DNA from: Chloroflexota bacterium
Lineage (GTDB): Bacteria > Chloroflexota > Anaerolineae > Anaerolineales > UBA11579
Length of the DNA stretch: 64,000 nt
NCBI GenBank assembly: GCA_009391835.1
Contig: QWJF01000001.1
Location: forward strand, 2,726-66,725
Direction: 5' to 3'
The first letter of the stretch is position 1, and the number at the start of each line of letters is the position of its first letter. Positions 7,989 through 15,947 of this stretch are shown here, in pieces. Under the pieces are notes generated by a model, which worked only from the letters and a program-made list of their open reading frames with translations, was not told the origin of the DNA and ran no database searches. A program made the translations under genes and the position numbers.

Positions 7989-9599
7989 TCACATCCTGAA
8001 CACACCGAAGCCGCCCTCCGGCCGCGGCGCCCTCAGCGCCACCGAAAGCGCCAGCCCCAGCACCTGCCGCGTCTCCGCCGGAGCCAGGATGCCATCATCC
8101 CAGAGCCGCGCCGTTGAATAATAAGGATTACCCTCGTGCTCGTATTTCTCCAGGATTGGCGCCATCAAGTCTTCCTGCCCCTTCTTGCTCAGCGCTTTCT
8201 TGCCTTCGCGCTCCAGTTGCTCCTGCTTGATCGTCAGCATCACGGTCGCCGCCTGCTCGCCGCCCATCACGCTGATGCGCGCATTCGGCCACATCCACAG
8301 GAAGCGTGGATCGTAAGCCCGCCCCGCCATTCCGTAATTGCCCGCCCCAAACGAGCCCCCCACAATCACAGTCAGCTTGGGCACCGTGGCATTCGCCACC
8401 GCATGCACCATCTTGGCTCCGTCCTTGGCGATGCCGCCCGCCTCATATTCGCGCCCCACCATAAAGCCCGTGATGTTCTGCAGGAATAGCAGTGGAATGC
8501 CGCGCTGCTCGCAGAGTTCAATAAAATGGGCGCCCTTCAACGCGCTTTCGCTGAACAGCACCCCGTTATTGCCCAGCACCCCCACCGGATAGCCCTGGAT
8601 GCGCGCAAAGCCACACACCAGCGTTTCCCCATAGCGCGCCTTGAATTCACGCAAGCGGCTGCCATCCACCAATCGAGCAATGATCTCGCGCACGTCATAG
8701 GCTTCGCGGAAGCTGGTCGGCAGGATCCCGTAAATCTCCTCCGACGAGTAGAGCGGCTCTTCCGGTGGTGCGACCCCCACATTCACGCGCGGCTGTGTGT
8801 TCAGCGTTTCCACGATCTCGCGCAGGATCCGGATGGCATCCTCGTCGTCCTCCGCAAAGTGATCCGCCACACCCGAGAGCCGCGTATGCACATCCGCCCC
8901 GCCCAAATCTTCCGCGCTCACGTCTTCCCCGGTTGCCGCTTTGACCAGCGGCGGCCCACCCAAAAAGATCGTCCCCGTGCCCTTCACGATAATCGCTTCA
9001 TCGCTCATCGCCGGCACGTAGGCGCCGCCCGCTGTGCACGAACCCATCACGGCCGCGATCTGCGGGATGCCGCGCGCGCTCATCTGCGCTTGGTTGTAGA
9101 AGATGCGCCCGAAGTGCAGTTCGTCCGGGAAAACTTCGTCCTGTAGCGGCAGGAAAGCGCCGCCCGAATCCACTAGATACAGGCAAGGCAAATGGTTCTG
9201 CACCGCCACCTGTTGTGCACGCAAATGCTTTTTCACCGTCAGCGGATAATAGGAGCCGCCCTTCACCGTGGCGTCGTTGGCCACGATCATTACTTCGCGC
9301 CCGCTCACCCGCCCAATCCCGGTCACAATCCCAGCGCCCGGCGCGTCCCCTTCGTAAAGCTCCCAGGCGGCCAGCGGCGAAAGTTCGAGGAAGGGCGACC
9401 CCGCATCCAGCAGTCTGTCAATCCGCTCGCGCACGAAGAGTTTGCCGCGCCCCGCGTGCCGCTGGCGCGCATCCTCCCCGCCTCCGCCGCGCACCAGCTC
9501 CAGGCGGCCGCGCAATTCCAAAGCCAATGCGCGGTGATGCTTGGCATTGGCTTTGAATTGCTTGCTATCGGGGGAGATTGAACTGTAAATGGCGGCCAT
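7989..9599 (-). CDS. Acyl-CoA carboxylase carboxyltransferase (beta) subunit, methylcrotonyl-CoA carboxylase-like
   Basis: 536 aa. [14 protein letters not shown]...[14 protein letters not shown]...[17 protein letters not shown]... is typical of the MccB/AccD1 family. Confidence 0.88.
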   Translation of the reverse strand: MAAIYSSISPDSKQFKANAKHHRALALELRGRLELVRGGGGEDARQRHAGRGKLFVRERIDRLLDAGSPFLELSPLAAWELYEGDAPGAGIVTGIGRVSGREVMIVANDATVKGGSYYPLTVKKHLRAQQVAVQNHLPCLYLVDSGGAFLPLQDEVFPDELHFGRIFYNQAQMSARGIPQIAAVMGSCTAGGAYVPAMSDEAIIVKGTGTIFLGGPPLVKAATGEDVSAEDLGGADVHTRLSGVADHFAEDDEDAIRILREIVETLNTQPRVNVGVAPPEEPLYSSEEIYGILPTSFREAYDVREIIARLVDGSRLREFKARYGETLVCGFARIQGYPVGVLGNNGVLFSESALKGAHFIELCEQRGIPLLFLQNITGFMVGREYEAGGIAKDGAKMVHAVANATVPKLTVIVGGSFGAGNYGMAGRAYDPRFLWMWPNARISVMGGEQAATVMLTIKQEQLEREGKKALSKKGQEDLMAPILEKYEHEGNPYYSTARLWDDGILAPAETRQVLGLALSVALRAPRPEGGFGVFRM

Positions 9600-9669
9600 A
9601 ATGTGTCCAGCCGATTATACGTCAATGAATATAATGAGGGCCTCTACGTGATATTCGTGAGGAGGTCTC

Positions 9670-10116
9670 ATGTATCTGTTGCTCAAATGGATCCACATTC
9701 TCTCTGCAATCGTTGGTGTGGGGGCGAATGCCACCTACGCCATTTGGATGCGCGCCGCCGAGGAGGAGAAAGCTGCGACTCCCTTCGCAGTCCGAGGTAT
9801 TGCTCGCCTGGAGACCTATGCCCTTTACAGTTACATTCTTCTGCTTCTTACCGGCCTCGCCATGCTCTTTGTGGGAAGCATCCCTTGGACTACCCCCTGG
9901 GTACTGGTTTCCCTTATCCTATATGTTTTGATGGCGATGCTTGGCGGCCGCGGCTACAGTCCAGCCCTAAAGCGTCAGACGGAATTCGCCAATCAGCCCG
10001 ATAGCTCCGAATACCTCGCGGCAAAAGAGCGTGCCACCCATATCGGTGTTCTTATCCTGTTAATAGCTATTCTGATCGAATATTTGATGACCGTCAAACC
10101 TGTTCTCTGGACATAA
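9670..10116 (+). CDS. Small integral membrane protein (4 predicted TM helices, DUF2269-like)
   Basis: Hydrophobic profile with N-terminal MYLLLKWIHILSAIVGVG. GGAGG Shine-Dalgarno (SD) upstream. Confidence 0.4.
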   Translation: MYLLLKWIHILSAIVGVGANATYAIWMRAAEEEKAATPFAVRGIARLETYALYSYILLLLTGLAMLFVGSIPWTTPWVLVSLILYVLMAMLGGRGYSPALKRQTEFANQPDSSEYLAAKERATHIGVLILLIAILIEYLMTVKPVLWT

Positions 10117-10130
10117 ATCTGCCTGTCATA

Positions 10131-10161
10131 AAAAGGCCCGCGTCGACGACGCGGGCCTTTT
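10131..10161. terminator. Bidirectional rho-independent terminator
   Basis: AAAAGGCCCGCGTCG-ACGACGCGGGCCTTTT hairpin between convergent genes. Confidence 0.8.
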
Positions 10162-10179
10162 GCAACGCGGTCAATTGCG

Positions 10180-11217
10180 CTAAGGAGAAGAGATCGTCAA
10201 CGTCGCCGTGCCAATTCCGTAGGAGCCCTGCCCATACACGAAATATATGTGATATTGGTCCCCCACCTTGATCGCCGACATGTAGGGGTAGCCTTCCTCT
10301 TCCGGAATCTGCATCACCGGATTGTTCGGGTCGCGCGCCCAGCTTAACCCATCCGCGCTGGTAGCGTAACCTACCCAAAGGTTGTAGCCGTCATAGCTGG
10401 TGAGGCGGCCCGAGTTACTGCGCGTCAGCCCCAGGTAGAGCATCTCATAGCCAGTATCGGTGGCGAAGAGCATCGGCGCACTGACTCCGTCCTGATCCCA
10501 TGCACCCTCCGTTCCTTTTGTGAAAACCGGCTCCTCAGAGACCAACTCAAAGGCCAGGCCATCGCTCGAACGCATCAAACCGATATCAATCGTATCGTCG
10601 TGATGCGCATCGAACGCGATCAAGAGGCCCTCTTCGCTGCGTAGCAGCGACCGGATCACAATCTCGTGCGTCCAATGGTCAGCGTTCGGCGCCTGATAGA
10701 CCACTTCGCCCCCGGTCCAAGGGCCTTCGAACGCTGGTGCCGAGTAGCGCACCACCTGGTCGCCAGACAGGCCGCTGCGGCGTTCATCGCTCACCATATA
10801 CAGCACCCAACTTCCATCCTCTGCTTTGTAAACCAACGGTGAAAACAGTTCCCGTTCGCCGCGCTCCCAATCCAGTACTGGCTCCGCACCCACCCGGGTA
10901 AAGCGGATCCCATCCTGTGAGGAAGCCAGTCCCACACCGCGGCTCTCGGAACTGTAGCCGTTGTAAAACAGGTAATACGTGCCATTTTCGTGGACCACGA
11001 AAGGCGTCCAGATATAGCCGCCTTCCCAGGTGATGCCGGTGAGCCGCTCCAAGGCCGCATCTCCGCGGCGAGTGTGCACGGTGTAGTCAAACTGGGCGGC
11101 CTCAGGGGTCGCCGTTGGCAGGGGAGTGGCCGTGGCTGCTGGCGGAGCGGGGGCGCAGCTAGCCAGCGCCAGGAGCAGCAGCGCGAAAAACAAGGTGAAT
11201 GATTTTGAGTTCGCCAT
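10180..11217 (-). CDS. Secreted lipoprotein with beta-propeller glycosidase-like repeats (GH43/GH32/GH130-clan-like)
   Basis: Lipobox LALASC after start MANSKS (ATG 11217, GGAGGT SD). Repeated blade-like segments (GTYYLFYNG, GSWVLYMVSD, GYEMLYLG, GDQYHIYFVYG). Confidence 0.4.
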   Translation of the reverse strand: MANSKSFTLFFALLLLALASCAPAPPAATATPLPTATPEAAQFDYTVHTRRGDAALERLTGITWEGGYIWTPFVVHENGTYYLFYNGYSSESRGVGLASSQDGIRFTRVGAEPVLDWERGERELFSPLVYKAEDGSWVLYMVSDERRSGLSGDQVVRYSAPAFEGPWTGGEVVYQAPNADHWTHEIVIRSLLRSEEGLLIAFDAHHDDTIDIGLMRSSDGLAFELVSEEPVFTKGTEGAWDQDGVSAPMLFATDTGYEMLYLGLTRSNSGRLTSYDGYNLWVGYATSADGLSWARDPNNPVMQIPEEEGYPYMSAIKVGDQYHIYFVYGQGSYGIGTATLTISSP

Positions 11218-11301
11218 AAGTACCTCCATCTTCAATACGCAAAACCGGATAAATATGTTCATGTGGATTATGTGCATTGTATAATATTCGTGGAGGTAAA
11301 C

Positions 11302-11886
11302 ATGTCGCTCTCACACATTATTCTGGGCATGCTACACAGGGGTCCGCAAACCGGCTACGACCTTGACAAGCAGATCAACCAATACATCCACTACGCCTGG
11401 ACCACCAATCGCAGCGCCGTGTATCGCAATCTACACAAACTACGCGACCTAGATCTTGTAGAGTTTGAACGTGTTGAGCAGGATGACAGCCCGGACAAAA
11501 AAGTGTACGCGCTTACGGATAAGGGGCTTGCTGAATTAAAAAGCTGGCTTGCCACGCCCGGCCTTGAGCGCCAAACGCGTAATCCCTTCCTGATCCAGTT
11601 GCTCTGGGGCCATCTTATTGACCTGCCTCAACAAATCCTGATATTGGAAGAGCGCCTTTCGCAGGTCGAAGAGAATTTGCGCATCCTGGAGCAACGCGCC
11701 AATTTCCCCGACCAGATTGGCATCCCTCTGCCAAAAGACGCCCTGCGACGCGGCCTTCCGCGCAATGCGCTCTCACTGGATTACGGCGTGCGCAGTTACC
11801 ACTTTGAGAAGGAGTGGCTGCAGGATACGCTCGCCCTGCTGAAGCACACTCTCCAAATGGATCCAACATCGAATGGGGACCATTAA
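11302..11886 (+). CDS. PadR family transcriptional regulator
   Basis: Winged-helix PadR signature ILGMLHRGPQTGYDL...VYRNLHKLRDLDLVE...KKVYALTDKG. GGAGG SD before ATG 11302. Confidence 0.8.
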   Translation: MSLSHIILGMLHRGPQTGYDLDKQINQYIHYAWTTNRSAVYRNLHKLRDLDLVEFERVEQDDSPDKKVYALTDKGLAELKSWLATPGLERQTRNPFLIQLLWGHLIDLPQQILILEERLSQVEENLRILEQRANFPDQIGIPLPKDALRRGLPRNALSLDYGVRSYHFEKEWLQDTLALLKHTLQMDPTSNGDH

Positions 11887-11948
11887 AAAATTGATTGCGG
11901 GAACGCCATTGTTTTGGCGGGTGTATTAAGGGTGAGGTGCGAAACATT

Positions 11949-12455
11949 ATGAAACCAATACATTCCCTGTATCTAGCGGCTCTCCTCTTGCTTACTGCCT
12001 GCGCCCCGCAAACGGCTGCAGCAAGCGCCGGGACCTGCCCGGTTACACAAGCTCCATCGGGCGCGTTTGCATTTCCCGAGAGCTACGATGGACAAACAGC
12101 CTCTGCCTACCCGGGCATGTTCTGGTATGGCGACCAATCGCTATGGACCATGCTCTCTGTAGATGGCAGCTGGGAAGCACTGCCCAAGGATGAGCACGGC
12201 TACACCCAGAAAACCTTCTGGTGGGCTGATGGCTACCTCTGGAATGAGGAGCCGCAACCTGAGTTTTTACTCACCGCTGAGCGCCTGGATGCCAAGGCAC
12301 TCCTTATCGAGAGCGGCGAGATCACTAACGCCTACACCGACGAAACCGGATCGTCTATACTTACCGGCATCCTAATTTCGGACGTGGGCTGTTGGCAAAT
12401 CACGGGCTATTATCGCGGCCACGAATTAAGTTTTGTGGTGGATGTGAAACCCTAG
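11949..12455 (+). CDS. Hypothetical lipoprotein
   Basis: Signal peptide plus lipobox LLLLTAC. No recognisable domain. Confidence 0.45.
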   Translation: MKPIHSLYLAALLLLTACAPQTAAASAGTCPVTQAPSGAFAFPESYDGQTASAYPGMFWYGDQSLWTMLSVDGSWEALPKDEHGYTQKTFWWADGYLWNEEPQPEFLLTAERLDAKALLIESGEITNAYTDETGSSILTGILISDVGCWQITGYYRGHELSFVVDVKP

Positions 12456-14833
12456 GCATCCAGAAAGAATGCCACAGTAACGCCTTCGCCGCCTTCGTAG
12501 GACTGGGCTTCTTCAAAGCGCTCCACATAGGGGCGCTTTTTTAATTCTTCTCGCACCAATTCGCGCAGCTTGCCGGTGCCTTTTCCATGGATGATGCGCG
12601 CCGACGACAATCCGGCCGCGTAGGCCTGGTCCAGATAGCGGTCTAAGTTCTCCATCGCCTCCTCGGCCCGCTGCCCACGCAGCGAAACTTCGCCGCCCGG
12701 TGAGGACACCTGGGCGCTTACCCGCACAGGTTCAAAATTCGCTTCCTCGAGCGCCTTGATCGCTTCATCGGAAAGCAACTCAAGATCGCCCAGCCGCGCT
12801 CGTACTCGCAAAGCTCCCACCTGCACCTCGGCATCTGCCTCGCTCAATGCGGTGACGATGCCGCTGCGTGCCAGGCTGCGCACCTGCACCATATCGCCCA
12901 GGCGCAAGGCCCGCGTAGGCGCCGATTCGGGCACCTGCTTGCGTGCTGCCGGCTGCTCAATTTTGGCCTCCAACTCCTCGAGCGCTTGTTTGGCCTCTTC
13001 TAAAGCCTCCAGCGGTTGGCGCGCTTTGCTCAATTCGGCCCGCAGCTCACCCAATTCCTTGCGCAATCCCTGCAATTCTTCCTCAGCCTTGGCCCGGGCG
13101 CGCGCCAGCACATCCAAGCGCTCATCTTCAATCCCCTCAAGGCGTTCGGCCAGCTCCTTTCGGTTGGCTTGCGCCGTCTTTTGCGCCTCCTCGGCCCTTT
13201 GCCGCGCCTCGCGAGAGCGCTCCCGCTCGCGATGAATTTCATCCAGCAAGTCTTCGGCCTTCAAATCAGACGGGTCAATACTGGCGCGCGCGGCCTCAAT
13301 AACATCCTCGCGCAGGCCCAGGCGTTTGGCGATCGCCAGCGCATTCGAGCGGCCGGGCAGCCCGACCATGAGGTGGTAGGTGGGCGCCAGCGTCTTTAAA
13401 TCAAATTCCACGCTGGCATTCACCACGCCAGGTGTGCCGTGCGCGTAGGCTTTCAACTCAGGATAATGGGTGGCTACCAGCGTGGTGATCCCGCGCCGCA
13501 CAAGATGATCCAGCAGCGCGTTGGCCAACGCGGCGCCCTCCTGAGGATCGGTACCGGCGCCCAATTCATCCAAAATGACCAGCGATTCCTGACCGGCCTC
13601 CTCCAGCACGCGAATGATATTGGCGATGTGCCCTGAAAAGGTGGACAGCGATTGCTCAATGGACTGCTCGTCGCCAATATCAGCGTACACACTTTTGAAG
13701 AGGCTCAGTTGGCTGCCAGCCTCCGCTGGAATGTGCAGCCCGCTTTGCGCCATCAGCACCATCAGCCCAACGGTCTTGAGTGTCACCGTTTTGCCACCGG
13801 TGTTCGGGCCGGTGATCACCAGGCAGTAATTCTCCGGATACAGTTCAACATCCAGGGCCACCACACTTTCGGGATCCAGCAGCGGATGGCGCGCGCCAAA
13901 CAAACGTAACACCACACCGGGGTGCACACCGTCTTTCCTAATTTTCATCGCCAGCATTTCGGGCGGCGCGGCGCGCAGATCATTTGCATAGCGTGCTCGC
14001 GCCAGCGCCAGGTCAAAGGTGGCCAGCTCTTCAAGCGTCAATCGGATCTCGCCGGCCTGCTCGCCAACCAGCGTGGACAGCTCCTTCAATATGCGCTGCT
14101 CTTCGTCACGCTCGGCAAGCTGCAGCTCACGCCATTCGTTGTTCAGGTCCACCACTTGCAGCGGCTCCACAAACAAAGTAGCCCCGGAGGACGATTGATC
14201 GTGCACCACCACTTTGACCCGCGAACGCGCTTCTGCCCGGATGGGCAGCACATAGCGCCCATCCCGCTGTGTCACAATCGGTTCTTGCAAGAACTTGGCG
14301 AACTGCGCGCTGGTGAGCAGCTTTTGCATGCGCGCCAGCAAACGATCGTGCGTGACGCCCAGCTTTCCGCGGATTTCGCCCAGCCTAGCAGATGCTGAAT
14401 CCAGCACGTCGCCGCGGTCTGAGATCGCCTTGCTAATCGCATCCACGACGCCAGCCGGATTGGGCAGTCGCGCCGCGATGGCGCTGAGCAACGGGTAGGT
14501 CACCGCTTCTTTCTCGAAGCGCCGGGCCAGCGTGCGGGCCGCCACCAGTGTGCTCTTCACATCCAGCAAATCCGTGGCCGGCAGAATGTGGCCGTGTTCC
14601 GCATTGTCCAGCACGGCGCGCACATCCCGCACCCCGCCAATCCCAAATTGTGGCTGGTCCTGGATCAGTTGCCGGGCTTCCTGCGTCTCCGCCAATAGAT
14701 GCAGTGCCTCGTCCAGGTCTGTGCTGGGCCGCAATGCCCGCGCCCGTTCCGCAGACAGCGCAAAGACAGTGCGGCCAGCCAGCCGTTCCAGAACCTTGGG
14801 ATATTCAAGCGTGTTCAGGGCTTTCTCATTCAT
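12452..14833 (-). CDS. mutS2: Endonuclease MutS2 (MutS domain V ATPase + C-terminal Smr)
   Basis: Walker A GPNTGGKT, DELGAGTDP, long coiled-coil, and Smr end IIHGKGTGKLR. Start refined to MNEKALNTLEY (14833). Confidence 0.9.
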   Translation of the reverse strand: MNEKALNTLEYPKVLERLAGRTVFALSAERARALRPSTDLDEALHLLAETQEARQLIQDQPQFGIGGVRDVRAVLDNAEHGHILPATDLLDVKSTLVAARTLARRFEKEAVTYPLLSAIAARLPNPAGVVDAISKAISDRGDVLDSASARLGEIRGKLGVTHDRLLARMQKLLTSAQFAKFLQEPIVTQRDGRYVLPIRAEARSRVKVVVHDQSSSGATLFVEPLQVVDLNNEWRELQLAERDEEQRILKELSTLVGEQAGEIRLTLEELATFDLALARARYANDLRAAPPEMLAMKIRKDGVHPGVVLRLFGARHPLLDPESVVALDVELYPENYCLVITGPNTGGKTVTLKTVGLMVLMAQSGLHIPAEAGSQLSLFKSVYADIGDEQSIEQSLSTFSGHIANIIRVLEEAGQESLVILDELGAGTDPQEGAALANALLDHLVRRGITTLVATHYPELKAYAHGTPGVVNASVEFDLKTLAPTYHLMVGLPGRSNALAIAKRLGLREDVIEAARASIDPSDLKAEDLLDEIHRERERSREARQRAEEAQKTAQANRKELAERLEGIEDERLDVLARARAKAEEELQGLRKELGELRAELSKARQPLEALEEAKQALEELEAKIEQPAARKQVPESAPTRALRLGDMVQVRSLARSGIVTALSEADAEVQVGALRVRARLGDLELLSDEAIKALEEANFEPVRVSAQVSSPGGEVSLRGQRAEEAMENLDRYLDQAYAAGLSSARIIHGKGTGKLRELVREELKKRPYVERFEEAQSYEGGEGVTVAFFLDA

Positions 14834-14959
14834 CGGCGAGAGTCTATCACGGGGGCCATTGCTTGATTCGTCAGATGAAATCTTGTACAATAATTTTTGG
14901 AGGCTGCGCCGCTGGCGAGGCACCCAAGCCAGGCTGTTGCGGCGCAAAACACGGCAAAC

Positions 14960-15232
14960 ATGGATATTATCAAGGTGTCTGGTACCTCTCGCACCTCTGC
15001 CGTAGCTGGGGCGATTGCAGGTGTTTTCCGGGAAAACAAGCGCGCAGAAGTCCAGGCCATCGGGGCAGGCGCCGTTAATCAGGCCATCAAGGCCTTGGTG
15101 CTGGCCCGAGGTTATCTGGCTGAAGATGGCTACGATGTGATTTGCGCCCCCGAATTTGCCGACGTAGAAATCGACGACAAGGTGCGCACTGCCATCAAAT
15201 TAGTGGTCGAAGAACGCATCCCTGCAGCCTAA
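14960..15232 (+). CDS. spoVS: Stage V sporulation protein S homolog
   Basis: About 90 aa: MDIIKVSGTSRTSAVAGAIAG...AIGAGAVNQAIKA.... Confidence 0.85.
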   Translation: MDIIKVSGTSRTSAVAGAIAGVFRENKRAEVQAIGAGAVNQAIKALVLARGYLAEDGYDVICAPEFADVEIDDKVRTAIKLVVEERIPAA

Positions 15233-15245
15233 GCAACAATAAAAA

Positions 15246-15270
15246 AAGCGCCGCACAATGTGCGGCGCTT
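15246..15270. terminator. Rho-independent terminator (better T-run for the minus-strand kinase operon)
   Basis: AAGCGCCGCAC-AAT-GTGCGGCGCTT, preceded by A7 on the + strand (T7 on the - strand). Confidence 0.75.
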
Positions 15271-15284
15271 AGCGCGTCAATCAA

Positions 15285-15947
15285 CTAGTCGGAAAAACTG
15301 CTGACTTCCTCTTTGGTAATGACCACCTCATCGTTACCGAGTAATTTCTCTTTTAACTTCGAGACAATCAATTCAAGGTGCCCGTTGTGGGCTACAAAAT
15401 CCAGGTGGTCAGTGGGCACAGTTAACACCGGACACAACGAGAAGCGCCCGATCCATTCGTTGTATAGCTTGTTGAGCTGCTCCAGATAGCTGGCATCGAT
15501 CCCGCTTTCAAAATCGCGCCCGCGCAGCGCAATTCTTCGCTGCAGAGTGGGCACGCTGGCCTCTAAATAGATCACCAGATCAGGAGGGCGCACCATGTCA
15601 GAGAGCAGGGCATACAGCTTGCGGTAGGAAGCGAAATCACGGGCCCCCATTTGGCTTTGCCGCGCCAGGTTGGTAGCAAAAATCTCGGCATCCTCATACA
15701 CGGAACGGTCTTGGATCACCGAAGAGGGATTTTCCAGCATCTCGAGATGCATGCGCAAGCGATGGGTAAGAAAGAAGACCTGTGATTGGAAGGCCCAGCG
15801 CTTCATCTCCCCGTAGAAATCTTCAAGATATGGGTTCTCCGCAACGGGCTCGAAATAGGGTTCCCATTCGAGATGTTCGGCGAGCTTGCTCACCAGCGTA
15901 GATTTCCCCACACCGATATTTCCAGCCACCGCCACAAAATACTTCAA
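15285..15947 (-). CDS. Deoxynucleoside kinase (dAK/dGK/dCK family), paralog 1
   Basis: P-loop AGNIGVGKST plus ENPYLEDFY and FQSQVFFL motifs. TTG start overlapping the upstream stop (TTGA). Confidence 0.85.
   Translation of the reverse strand: MKYFVAVAGNIGVGKSTLVSKLAEHLEWEPYFEPVAENPYLEDFYGEMKRWAFQSQVFFLTHRLRMHLEMLENPSSVIQDRSVYEDAEIFATNLARQSQMGARDFASYRKLYALLSDMVRPPDLVIYLEASVPTLQRRIALRGRDFESGIDASYLEQLNKLYNEWIGRFSLCPVLTVPTDHLDFVAHNGHLELIVSKLKEKLLGNDEVVITKEEVSSFSD

Noticed and set aside
11240-11290. ATGTNCAT direct repeats upstream of the first PadR gene as a PadR operator.
   Set aside because: They do not fit the ATGT-N8-ACAT PadR consensus, and the similarity is too short to distinguish from chance.
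14960-15232. spoVS as an indicator of an endospore-formation locus.
   Set aside because: It is a single small gene with no other spo genes nearby. SpoVS homologs are widespread in non-sporulating lineages.
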